Of a stretch of 64,000 nt of DNA, positions 48,386-57,910 are shown one piece after another (position 1 is the first letter of the stretch; every line of letters starts with the position of its first letter). The position numbers and the translations under genes were made by a program. Source of the stretch: Armatimonadota bacterium (lineage in GTDB: Bacteria > Armatimonadota > SYMT01); the NCBI GenBank assembly GCA_041690135.1, contig JAWLHY010000003.1, positions 32,001 to 96,000 on the forward strand, given 5' to 3'. The notes below the pieces were generated by a model. The model did no database searches. It had not been told where the DNA came from and was given only the letters and a program-made list of their open reading frames with translations.

Positions 48386-50491
48386 TTATTCCCGGCACAT
48401 GCCCAGTTCCCGCATCTTCGCCAGCACGTCGCGACCGTGAGAGCTCACGCTTACGTTGCGCGTGATCCAGCGCACGATGCCGCGACGGTCGATCAACACG
48501 GACTGCCGGGTGGCGAGCTCGCCGGAGCCGTTGGCGGCGCCGTACAGGACGGAAAGGTTGCGGCTGGTGTCCGAAAGGTAGCGGAACTCGGTCCCCAGCT
48601 CGCCGGCAAAGGCGCGCTGCTGGTCGCCGGCATCCACGGAAACCGCCAGCACCGTCGTGTCGTTCTTCTCGAAGTTCTGGCGCTCGGCACGGAGCGACCC
48701 CAGATGGTTCCGTCAACCATCGGTGAAGCACTTGGGAAAGTAGGTCAACAGCAGGTGCCGCCGGTCGCGGAAATCGGCGAGCCGAACCTCCGCGCCGGAG
48801 GCGTCGGTGAGGGTGAACTCGGGCGCGGGCTCCCCCACCCGGAACGCGGGCGTCGGGTCGGGCGCGGCGGTGCGGAGCAGGGCCCGTAGCGCCGCGGCAT
48901 CCTGCGGCAATTCCCGGCTGCGGCGGACGAAGCCCGCCCGATCGACCAGCAGGAGCGCGCCCGCCGGCGGCACCCGCGAGAGCAACTCGCCGGAGGGGTC
49001 GTGGAGGGGCACCAGTCCCGGAGCAGCGGAGGCGCGCCGCACCGGTTGGGGGGAGACCAGAACCGGCTCCATCCCGGCGGCGCGCCAGCGCTCGATCGTC
49101 CCTGCGTCCATCGCCTCCAGAATCGGGGGCAGCGTCTCGGGCTGCGCTACCGCCACCAGGGCCAGCCCGCGCCGGCCGCGCATCGATTTGGAGCTCCACT
49201 CCGCGGCGATCCCGGCGTGCGGCAGCACAAAGTCCGGAAGGGGCGCGCCTACCGGCAGGGGTGCGGGGGACTTCCGGCCGAGCCCGGCGGTGAGGAGCCT
49301 CTGCCCCTTCTCCACGTCGCGCTCCTCGCGCACCAGGAGGGCCAGGTGTTCCAGCCGCTCGACCCGGCCCCGGAGGGCGCTCCCTTCCTGAAGGTATCCG
49401 GCGGTCCGGATGAGGTGGTCTCCGGCCGACATTGGAATGACTGCCAGCGGCCTTCCCAGCCGTCGGGACAGCTCCGTCACCCGCGCCTGCTGTGGCCGGA
49501 ACTGGTCGATATCAACGAACGGGGCGAGCCAGCGGCCTTCGAGGAACACCCCGTCGAACCGGCCCGTGCCGAGCCACGCGTACCAGTCTTGCGCCGTGCG
49601 CACGTCGTGGAAGTCGCGGTCGGTGTAATACTCGGCGTAGCCGTTGATCCACACCCGGCCGCCGGTCCGGCGCTTCCGGTAATGGTCCGCCAGCTCCACC
49701 GCCAGCCGTCGCAGCGCGTCGCGCCGGGCGTCCACCCAGGCCCGCAGGACCGGGTTGAGCCGGAGCCCGGCGATATTGTCGAGCCCGAAGTCGATGGGGT
49801 CGAGCCCGTGCTTCCGTGCGAACTCCGCGCGGGCCAGCGGGTGGAATCCGTAGATCTCGCGCTCGCTGTAGCGCACATCGAGCACGACACCGGCCGCTTC
49901 CGGAAAGCGCTCCGCCAGCTCGCTCAGGAGATCCGCCAGGGCGCGCCGGGTCTCCGGATGGCTGGGCGAAGCGTAGCGGGCCTCCGGTCGCGGATCGGCG
50001 AACCCGTACTGGTTCAGTTCCTCGAGCCGCGGATGACGCTGAAAGAGACCCTGCGGCCGCTCAACGCCGGTCTTCTGCCAGGCCAGCACGTCCAGTCCCA
50101 GGTACACCGGCACTCCCGCCGTCTGGGCGGCGCGGAGCAGCTCTCGCAGGCTGCGCTCGTCCCGCTCTGGGTCGGGGTTCCGGTCCCGGAAGAGGGAAAC
50201 TTGCGTGCCGTAGAAGCAGCGGCCGTCATCGAATACCGGCACAATAAGACCGCCGACCTTACTGCCGGAGGCCCGGAACGGCTCCAGGGCCCGGCCCCCG
50301 GCACACTGGGAGCGCAGCCACTCCCAATCCGGGGGACGGGAGTCGAGGGTCGAGTGCCCCAGCGAAAGCCAGACCGCCGGGTCGGGGCTCGTCTTCGGAG
50401 GGGCGGGAGCAGCGCCGGCCGCGGGCAGCAGCCGGGTCGCGAGCAGGCCCGCGGCGAGGCCCAGGGGAAGGGGATGCAGGGGAGTTCGCAT
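48386..50491 (-). CDS. Probable selenoprotein: GH-like TIM-barrel domain + degenerate redoxin + Sec-peroxiredoxin
   Basis: ORF ends [12 protein letters not shown] (48713-48715) at the peroxidatic Cys position and continues in frame RNHLGSLR...VLAVSVD...LSD...LIDRRGIVR to TAA at 48386. Confidence 0.82.
48677..48703 (-). promoter_or_regulatory. SECIS-like hairpin
   Basis: CUGG-GGU-CGCUC-CGUGCC-GAGCG-CCAG starting 9 nt after the UGA. Confidence 0.6.
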
Positions 50492-50509
50492 GGGGAGACC
50501 TGACCTTTC

Positions 50510-51862
50510 CTACTGCAGCAAGAACCGGTGCCGGCCGAGAACGGTAGGCGGGCGCCCCGCGGCGGGCTCCGTCACGTACAGCACCTCCAGGTGCTCGCGC
50601 TGGGTCACCATCACCCGGCCCCGCTTCAGGAACTCCGGAGGAGAGATCCGCCGGGCACCGGTATGACCCTCGGCCCGCAGGCGGCGCAGCTCGGCCAGGA
50701 GCGTCTCGCGGGTCTTGGCGTCGAGAGCCTGGGGCGTGATCCAGCGCGGCCGGGTGATGAAAGGGGTGAAGAGCGGGAGATAGAGATCCCCACGGGCCTG
50801 CGCCCACCGGCCAAGAAACCGGAACCGCTCCTCGCGCCCCGCGTCGAGCCACGGGCCGAAAAACTCCACCGGCCCGAGCTCCCGCCGCTCGACGCCCACC
50901 CCGCGCTCCAGGAGCGGCCAAAGGGACCGCTCCCGATACGGGGCGGGCACGGCGATCCGGAGCGGTAGCTCTCGCAGCCGTCGATCGACCACGATCTCCG
51001 CCCCCGGCCTCTGTTTCGGCAGCAGGTTGCCGCCCCGCAGCAGGTCCCCGAGCTTCCCCTGGATCAGCACCGTGCCGGCGGGTGCGGAACGCTGCAGCGA
51101 CTGCCGGAGAGGTGCGGAGACCCCGGCCAACGGGTGCTGGACCGCATAGCGAGACAGGGAGAGCGGAAACTCCAGCGGCACGGACTCCGCGCCGAGCCCG
51201 CACACGGCGAGAGTCTGCCCCCGGAGGCGGAGCCGGAGCCGTTCACCGGAGACCGAATGCAGGGCCACCGGCCGGCCCGAGGAGTCTCCCCCGCCGATCC
51301 GGACCTCCGCCTGCCGCAGCAGTTCCCGCAACTCCGCGGCGCTGTTCGGGTGTTCTCGCTCCCATTCCGCCAGGGTGATCCCCTCCCGGATCGGATCGGG
51401 CTCCGCGCCGGTCGTCAACTCTCCCATCACCGGCGCGACACGCGCCAGCAGGGCGGGCGGGAGCGAGTGCAGGAGGGGCAGCACCTGGTGCACGACGAGC
51501 TGGTCGTCGTGATGTGCCGGGCGCACGTGCCGGAAGGTGCCGGGGGCGAGGAAAAAGACCGCGTCGGGGGTGCAGAACGAAACCGTCTGCCACTGTTCCG
51601 CCCAGTGGTTCGCGACCTCTACCAGGGAGCCGGCCCCCGGGGGGACCGTCACGCCGCGGCCCACGGGCTTGCCGACATAGACCACCACCCGGCCCGAGTG
51701 GGAGGCGAGGGCCTGAAGGGCCGGGGACAGCGCCACTCCCGAGGAGGCGACTTGCCCAGCGGCCGGACGCCGATCGCTTCCGGTCCGGACCGCGTCCGGA
51801 GCGGCCGTCGCGGAGACTCCCAGCGCCAGGCATGCGATCCCCCAGAGGACCCTTCGCCCCAT
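50510..51862 (-). CDS. Hypothetical secreted protein
   Basis: Signal peptide MGRRVLWGIACLALGVSATA; start could be as far upstream as 52030. Confidence 0.65.
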   Translation of the reverse strand: MGRRVLWGIACLALGVSATAAPDAVRTGSDRRPAAGQVASSGVALSPALQALASHSGRVVVYVGKPVGRGVTVPPGAGSLVEVANHWAEQWQTVSFCTPDAVFFLAPGTFRHVRPAHHDDQLVVHQVLPLLHSLPPALLARVAPVMGELTTGAEPDPIREGITLAEWEREHPNSAAELRELLRQAEVRIGGGDSSGRPVALHSVSGERLRLRLRGQTLAVCGLGAESVPLEFPLSLSRYAVQHPLAGVSAPLRQSLQRSAPAGTVLIQGKLGDLLRGGNLLPKQRPGAEIVVDRRLRELPLRIAVPAPYRERSLWPLLERGVGVERRELGPVEFFGPWLDAGREERFRFLGRWAQARGDLYLPLFTPFITRPRWITPQALDAKTRETLLAELRRLRAEGHTGARRISPPEFLKRGRVMVTQREHLEVLYVTEPAAGRPPTVLGRHRFLLQ

Positions 51863-52052
51863 CCGTGATTGGGTCCTGAAGGTGGTGTTCCCGGATGCGT
51901 TCGCAAGTACGTCGGCAGCGTGGCCCATTCGCTGCGATCGGCGGAAGGGCGTTCCGGATCCGATTGCAAGGTTCCTGGCTGGTGCTTCAGGCAAGTTTCG
52001 ACGCAGGTTCATCCCGACGCGAGGTTCCATGAATACGTATCAAGTCTCTATA

Positions 52053-52064
52053 TCAGTGTGTATA
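52053..52064 (-). promoter_or_regulatory. TATACACACTGA motif, copy 2
   Basis: Exact reverse complement of 41172-41183 in an AT-rich intergenic patch. Confidence 0.55.
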
Positions 52065-52101
52065 AGCGGCGCCGGAGATACGTTGGCGAACCGGACTCCG
52101 C

Positions 52102-52995
52102 TTAACGGCGGAGAACGAGGCCTACCCAGTTTCCATGTGCTTGTTGCTCAACGAGACGGAAGCCCGCGTCCCCGGCGGCCCCGAGAAGCTGCGAGAGCCG
52201 GGCGGAAGTGAACCCGGAAGCCAGCAGAAGCCCTCCCGGCCGTACATTCGCCGCCAGTGCCGGCGCGAGGGAGGTAACCACCGCGGAAGGGAGGTTTACC
52301 AGGGTGACATCGCAGCCGTCGCACTCAACCGGGGAGAGCTCCACCTGTTCCACGTGAACCACTCCCGCCACGCCATTGAGGGCCACGTTCCGGCGCGCAA
52401 CCGTAACCGCCGCCGCGTCCGGATCGATCGCTCGTACCGTGGCGGCGCCGAGAAGCGCTGCCGCAAGGGCGAGGATGCCGGACCCGGTGCCCACGTCGAG
52501 CACCCGGTCTCCGGTCCGAAGCCTTTCCCTCAGCATCTGCAAAAGCAACTGCGTGGTGGGATGGGATCCCGTACCGAACACCTGCTGGGAGGGTAGGACG
52601 CCGGGGTCGAGCCGGATCAGATGTTCGACTTCCGGCACTTCCACGCTGTTAGCGGCAACGATCGCCAGGGATTCTCCGAGCCGGACCGGTGCAAACGTCG
52701 GGGTCCACTCCTCTGCGTAGGCAAAGTCGGTGGCCGAAGGATGGGGTAGCGCCAGGGCGCTGACGGGCTTCCCGGTAACCTGCCGGAGCTGTTCCTGCTG
52801 CTCGTTGGTGAGCGGAAGCAGCGTGACGCGGTCCCGGAGCTCCGGCCGGCCGCCCGCATCCAGGACCCGGGCCAGCAGCAGGGCGGCATGCAACTGCTTT
52901 CGTTCCAATTCCACAAACCGGCGGCGCAGGCCGCCGGCGAGGAAGTAGTTCTCCTCTTGTTCGGGAGTCAGATCGATGCGTACCGGATATCCCAT
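52102..52995 (-). CDS. PrmA-like SAM-dependent methyltransferase with divergent N-terminus
   Basis: FGTGSHPTT, VLDVGTGSGILA, AIDPD, ARRNVALN, LLASG. Confidence 0.85.
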   Translation of the reverse strand: MGYPVRIDLTPEQEENYFLAGGLRRRFVELERKQLHAALLLARVLDAGGRPELRDRVTLLPLTNEQQEQLRQVTGKPVSALALPHPSATDFAYAEEWTPTFAPVRLGESLAIVAANSVEVPEVEHLIRLDPGVLPSQQVFGTGSHPTTQLLLQMLRERLRTGDRVLDVGTGSGILALAAALLGAATVRAIDPDAAAVTVARRNVALNGVAGVVHVEQVELSPVECDGCDVTLVNLPSAVVTSLAPALAANVRPGGLLLASGFTSARLSQLLGAAGDAGFRLVEQQAHGNWVGLVLRR

Positions 52996-53031
52996 GAACT
53001 TCCCCGGGCGTGATCGCAGGGTGTGGATCGG

Positions 53032-53040
53032 GTGTGTATA
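53032..53040 (-). promoter_or_regulatory. TATACACAC motif, copy 3
   Basis: 36 nt before the ATG at 52995, same spacing as copy 1 to ATG 41217. Confidence 0.5.
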
Positions 53041-53168
53041 TCCAGTTTATCGCATCAGTGTTGCAGCATCAAGGGTTTTGCAGTGTTGTTTCAGGAGTGA
53101 GGAGCGCCGGGTCGGTTTTAGTCCCGATGGGCTCGGCCGGGACGAGTATCACCACGGCCCGATGGGAG

Positions 53169-53504
53169 TCAGGAGGCGGTTTGCTCCACGCAGTTGGAGC
53201 AGTCGAGCCAGTTCTCATGCGGCAGCCGGGGAAGCGCCCTGGGTCCTTCGCCGCGTTGGAAGACGGGGCGATAGAGAATATCGCCCTCCGGGTGCGGATC
53301 GCCGCAGGTGTGGCAACTGGTCTGCCGGTCGACGACCACCGGCGTATGGCCGGTCACGATCCAGCCCTCATGCCCCGCATGCGCCGCGAGCGACTCCAGG
53401 GCCGAGCGCACGGTCAGAGATTTGTTGCCCTGGTAGTACTTCTCGGCAAGCCGCTCGAGCAGCCTGACCGTATCGTCGTCGAGCGTGAAGTTGAGCCGCT
53501 GCAT
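53169..53504 (-). CDS. Ribbon-helix-helix-like regulator with CxxC...CxxC domain (111 aa)
   Basis: MQRLNFTLDDDTVRLLERLA...NKSLTVRSAL; CHTC and CSNC; hidden at the end of shadow ORF 53169-55286. Confidence 0.7.
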   Translation of the reverse strand: MQRLNFTLDDDTVRLLERLAEKYYQGNKSLTVRSALESLAAHAGHEGWIVTGHTPVVVDRQTSCHTCGDPHPEGDILYRPVFQRGEGPRALPRLPHENWLDCSNCVEQTAS

Positions 53505-53783
53505 CGTTGGTCCGTGTCGGGAAAAGAGGTGAGCCGATCCCTTACATGATACCCGCTGGGCGACCCCGGTGGGGGGTTCTATCGCCGGACCCCCCAAGCC
53601 AGGCAAGTTCGATCTCAACGAGTCGTTCCGGCGCGCCGCGGCATCGCCTGCGTGGCAGTATGTACTCCGCATGTCGGCAGGGACGCCGGCGAACGGCGAG
53701 CAAGCGCACGCATGTGGTATCGTTGAGCGAGGCGGCACCCGGTCGATGGGAGCATGATGGGGAATGGAATGCGGAGACGATCG

Positions 53784-55364
53784 ATGGAGAGGAACGGACG
53801 TAACATCCTGGCGGGCCTGGGATTGCTGGGTACACTGCTCGCGGCCGGTTCCGGGCGGGCGGCGGTGGTCGGCACGGAGCTGATCAGTCTCGGCCAGGCC
53901 GGAACCCAGGCGGCGGCGGGCTCCAACTTCAATCGCGGCTTCGTCATCAGCGGCGACGGGCGTTACGTCGTGTTCGTCTCGACCGCCAGCACGCTGGTGC
54001 CGGACGACACCAACGGCGTGGCCGACGTGTTCCTGCGCAACCGGGAGCTGGGGACCACCGAGCGGATCAGTGTTAACAGCGACGGCCTGCAGGCGAACGG
54101 TGCCTGCGAGGACCCGTTCATCAGCGCGGATGGACGGTTTGTCGCCTTCGTATCCACGGCGAACAACCTGGTACCCGGCGACGGAAACGGGGTGCGGGAC
54201 GTGTTCATCCGCGACCTGCAGGGTGGCACGACGGAGCGCGTGAGCGTGGCCGGATCCGGGGCGGAGGGAAACGGCGCCTCTGAATCGCCGGCTCTCAGTG
54301 CGGACGGCCGCTTCGTCGCTTTCGTTTCCGCCGCCACCAACCTGGATGGCCCCGACCACAACAGTGCGGATGATATCTTCCTCCGTGATCGGACGGAGGG
54401 AACGACCGAGCGCGTCAGCATTAACAGCGCCCGCTCGGAGGCCAATGGGCGCTGCTGGGCACCCAGCATGAACGCGAATGGATTGCTGATCGCTTTCGCC
54501 TCTTCCGCGACCAACCTGGACTCCGGCGATACCAACGGCACCGCGGACATCTTTACGCGCAACCGCTCCACCGGCATCACGGAACGCGTCAGCGTGGGAA
54601 TGAGCGGCGCCCAGAGCAACGGCCCCAGCGATTACCCGGTGGTGAACGCCACCGGGCGGTTCGTCACCTTCAACTCGCGCGCCACCAACCTGGTCCAGCC
54701 GGACATCAACCAGGGGGAAGACGTCTTCGTGCGCGACCGTCTGGACGAGGTGACGGAGCTTGTCAGCGTCACCGGAAACCGTCTGCAGGCCCGCGGCGAC
54801 AGCTTCCTCGAGTCGGTGAGTGCGGACGGCCGGTTCGTCGCCTTCCGCTCTTACGCCGCCAACCTGGTACGGCGGGACACGAACCGCACCTTCGACCTCT
54901 TCGTGCGGGACCGGTGGCAGTGGCGCACGGAACGGTTGAACGTGGGCGCCGGGGGAAGCCAGGCGAACGGGCACAGCTACGCCGCGGCTCTTTCGGCCAA
55001 TGGGCAGCATGTGGCCTTCTGGTCGACGGCGACCAACCTGGTATCCGGTGACGCCAATACCGCCGCCGATGTCTTCGCCGCCCGCCTGCTGGCAAACCAG
55101 CCTCCCACGGCCCATGCCGGCCCGGACCAGACGCTCGTCAGTTCCCGGCGCAACCTCCGTGTCCGGTTGGACGGCACCGCCTCCACCGACCCGGAAGGCG
55201 GAAAGCTCCGTTACACCTGGACGGAAGGCCGTCGTCGCCTGAGCACCCGTCCCAACCCACTGGTGCGGCTGCGGCAGGGTGTCCACGAGATCACCCTCAC
55301 CGTCAAGGACCTCTCGGGCGTTACCGCCATGGATACGGTGACCATCACCGTTCAGCCGGAATGA
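53784..55364 (+). CDS. Secreted TolB/PD40-repeat propeller with C-terminal PKD-like domain
   Basis: About 7 repeats of SADGRFVAF.S.A.NLV..D.N...DVF.RD; NQPPTAHAGPDQ...LDGTASTDPEG. Confidence 0.9.
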   Translation: MERNGRNILAGLGLLGTLLAAGSGRAAVVGTELISLGQAGTQAAAGSNFNRGFVISGDGRYVVFVSTASTLVPDDTNGVADVFLRNRELGTTERISVNSDGLQANGACEDPFISADGRFVAFVSTANNLVPGDGNGVRDVFIRDLQGGTTERVSVAGSGAEGNGASESPALSADGRFVAFVSAATNLDGPDHNSADDIFLRDRTEGTTERVSINSARSEANGRCWAPSMNANGLLIAFASSATNLDSGDTNGTADIFTRNRSTGITERVSVGMSGAQSNGPSDYPVVNATGRFVTFNSRATNLVQPDINQGEDVFVRDRLDEVTELVSVTGNRLQARGDSFLESVSADGRFVAFRSYAANLVRRDTNRTFDLFVRDRWQWRTERLNVGAGGSQANGHSYAAALSANGQHVAFWSTATNLVSGDANTAADVFAARLLANQPPTAHAGPDQTLVSSRRNLRVRLDGTASTDPEGGKLRYTWTEGRRRLSTRPNPLVRLRQGVHEITLTVKDLSGVTAMDTVTITVQPE

Positions 55365-55412
55365 ACCTGCCCGGGGACTTCATTTCCAACCAGCGGCAAA
55401 CTCGCACGGGGT

Positions 55413-55499
55413 CTACGCGGCCCACTCGTGTCCGCAGGCCTCGCACAGGTAGTACGTCTTCTTGCGCTCACGGCAGTTGCCACACCTCTCTTTGAACAC
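55413..55499 (-). CDS. Candidate 28-aa zinc-ribbon microprotein
   Basis: GGAG-N9-GTG; MFKERCGNCRERKKTYYLCEACGHEWAA. Confidence 0.45.
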   Translation of the reverse strand: MFKERCGNCRERKKTYYLCEACGHEWAA

Positions 55500-55657
55500 G
55501 GAACGGTTCTCCGCGGAACGGAGGTGTCCGAATCGGAGCGGCCATGTAACCCTGAGGGTGGGAATAGCTTCCAAACAGGCAGCGAATTCCGAACCTTCCG
55601 GGCCGCTGGTCTCGCCACCCCGGCGAGTGCCGCAGCCCATCCTCCGGAGAGAGTGTT

Positions 55658-57772
55658 ATGAAGCGATACCCGTTTCTCATCGTCGCCCTCGGCGGCGCCC
55701 TGTGCGGCTCCGCGGCGATTGCGCAAGCCCCCGAGCAGCCGATCCCGCTGCAGAACGTGGTTCTGTTCAGCAGCGGCGTGGGTTACTTCCAGCGCGAGGG
55801 GAGGGTCAACGGCAATGCCGAGATCGACCTCAGCTTCCGCGCGGATCAGATCAACGACATCCTCAAATCCCTGGTGCTGTTCGACCCGCAGGGCACGGTC
55901 CGGCCCGTAACCTACACGACCAAAGACGCGGTGCTGCGCCGCCTCCAATCCGTGGGGCAGTCGATCGACCGCAGCATCTCGCTGGGCGCGCTCCTGCGGC
56001 AGTTCCAGGGCGCCCGCGTGCGGCTGGAGACCGGCTCGGAAGGGATCGAGGGGCGGATCCTCAGCGTCAGCCTGAAGGCCGTGCCGGTTGATAAAGGCGG
56101 GGTGGTGCAACAGGAGGTGATCAACATCCTCACCGAAGGGGGCCTGCGCGCGGTGCCCCTGGACCAGGTCACCCAGGTGAAGCTGCTCGACGAGCGGCTC
56201 GACCGCGAACTGCGAGAAGCCCTGGAACTGCTGGCCACCGGCCTCGACGACAACCGCCGCCAGGTCGAACTGCGGTTCACCGGCAACGGCGAGCGGGTCG
56301 TGAAGGCGGGTTATCTCCAGGAGATGCCGGTCTGGAAGACGAGCTACCGGCTGGTGCTGGACGAGAAAGCCAAGGAGAAGCCGTACTTGCAGGGGTGGGC
56401 CATCGTGGAGAACACGACGGACGAGGACTGGCGGAACGTACAGCTCAGCCTGGTCTCGGGGCGGCCGGTCAGCTTCATCCAGGACCTGTACCAGCCGCTC
56501 TACGTGCCGCGCCCGGTGGTTCAGGCACAGGTGATCGGGTCTCCCACTCCCCAGACCTATGGCGAGGTCCTCGAGTACGCGGACGCCCTGCGCGAGCGCG
56601 CCGATAAGGCCGAAGCAGATCGGTTCGGAGGCGTTGCGGGAGCTCGCGGGCTCCCTCCAGCGGCCGCGCCGGGACCGGCGGGACCTCCGGGCCTGCCCCG
56701 GATCTCCGGGGGCGCCGACGTGCGCTTCCGGGACGCCGAAACCCGGCGCAAGAATATCGCGGCGTCGGCAGACGAACTGGCGAAGAGCGTCGTCTCCCAG
56801 GCCGCCGGGGCGGAGCGGGGCGAACTGTTCGAGTATGCCATCCAGCAGCCGGTGACGCTGCCCAAGGGTCAGGCCGCGATGGTGCCGATCGTCAGCGAGA
56901 ACATCGGTGGCGAGCTCCTCTCCATCTACGATCCCACCTCCGATGCAACCCACGCGCTGAACGGCTTCCGGCTCAAGAACACGACCGGGCTCCACCTCTC
57001 CGGTGGTCCGATCACCGTGTTCCGCGACGGCATCTACGCCGGCGACGCGCAGATCTCCAATCTGCAGCCGCAGGAGGACCGCCTGATCTCCTACGCCGTG
57101 GACCTCGACCTGGTGGCCGACCGGAAGGCGCCGCGCTTCCACCAGGAGACCCTCTCCGTCTCCGCGAAGAGCGGCGTGCTGGTTATCACCCGGAAGCAGC
57201 AGCGGGAGAATACCTACTCCTTCCGCAACCAGTCCGAAACGCCGAAGACGGTGCTGGTGCTCCAGGATATCGAGCCGGAATTCAAGCTGGCGGTCCCGGA
57301 GAAGCCGGCGGAGAAGACGCCGGAAGAGTACCGCTTCAAGCTGCAGGTGCCGGCGAAGAAGACGGCGGAGCTCAAGGTCGTCACCGAGCGGCCCCTTACC
57401 GAGACTATCGCGCTGCTGAACGCGGATCTCAACGTCTTGATCTCGTACGCCCAGAACGCTCAGGTTTCGGAGAAGCTGCGGGCCGCCCTGAAGCAACTCG
57501 TGGCGATGCGGCGGAAGATCACCGACCTCCAGGCGCAGCGGAGCGCGCTGGAGAACGAGATCAAGACGATCGACCAGGAGCAGTCGCGCATCCGCCAGAA
57601 CATGGAGCGCCTCGACCGGAACAGCCCGCTCTACCAGCAGTACGTGAAGAAGCTGACTGAGCAGGAAGCCCGCATCGAGAAGCTGCGGATGGAGATCGCC
57701 CGCCTCCGCGAGGAAGAAAACGCCGCGCAAAAGGAGCTGCGGGAGTTCGTGGACACCCTCACCGTGGAGTAG
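55658..57772 (+). CDS. Secreted DUF4139-family protein with C-terminal coiled coil
   Basis: VVLFSSGVGYF, INDILKSL, PVWKTSYRL, GWAIVENTTDEDW, GELFEY. Confidence 0.88.
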   Translation: MKRYPFLIVALGGALCGSAAIAQAPEQPIPLQNVVLFSSGVGYFQREGRVNGNAEIDLSFRADQINDILKSLVLFDPQGTVRPVTYTTKDAVLRRLQSVGQSIDRSISLGALLRQFQGARVRLETGSEGIEGRILSVSLKAVPVDKGGVVQQEVINILTEGGLRAVPLDQVTQVKLLDERLDRELREALELLATGLDDNRRQVELRFTGNGERVVKAGYLQEMPVWKTSYRLVLDEKAKEKPYLQGWAIVENTTDEDWRNVQLSLVSGRPVSFIQDLYQPLYVPRPVVQAQVIGSPTPQTYGEVLEYADALRERADKAEADRFGGVAGARGLPPAAAPGPAGPPGLPRISGGADVRFRDAETRRKNIAASADELAKSVVSQAAGAERGELFEYAIQQPVTLPKGQAAMVPIVSENIGGELLSIYDPTSDATHALNGFRLKNTTGLHLSGGPITVFRDGIYAGDAQISNLQPQEDRLISYAVDLDLVADRKAPRFHQETLSVSAKSGVLVITRKQQRENTYSFRNQSETPKTVLVLQDIEPEFKLAVPEKPAEKTPEEYRFKLQVPAKKTAELKVVTERPLTETIALLNADLNVLISYAQNAQVSEKLRAALKQLVAMRRKITDLQAQRSALENEIKTIDQEQSRIRQNMERLDRNSPLYQQYVKKLTEQEARIEKLRMEIARLREEENAAQKELREFVDTLTVE

Positions 57773-57778
57773 AGGCGA

Positions 57779-57895
57779 GTTGAAAGTTCAAAGTTGAAGG
57801 TTGAAGGTTGGGACCGCAGGAGGCGGTAGCGGTTACGGTTTGGCAGGGGGTTCCCAACCTTCAACCTTCAACCTTCAACATGCCAACTTGCAACC
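57779..57895. repeat. Inverted pair of GTTGAAG / CTTCAAC heptamer arrays
   Basis: 57779-57810 vs 57855-57895 between convergent genes; same unit at 29059-29128. Confidence 0.75.
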
Positions 57896-57910
57896 CTGAT
57901 CCGGTTCGGA

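Noticed and set aside
47559-49199. 546-aa ORF as one protein
   Set aside because: Only the part from ATG 48326 is a DUF1559 protein; the rest overlaps the peroxiredoxin gene in another frame
55352-57730. Long antisense ORFs (also 13483-15177, 16698-18299, 41923-43953, 29007-30407, most of 53169-55286)
   Set aside because: Shadow frames of well-supported genes in high-GC DNA; no motifs
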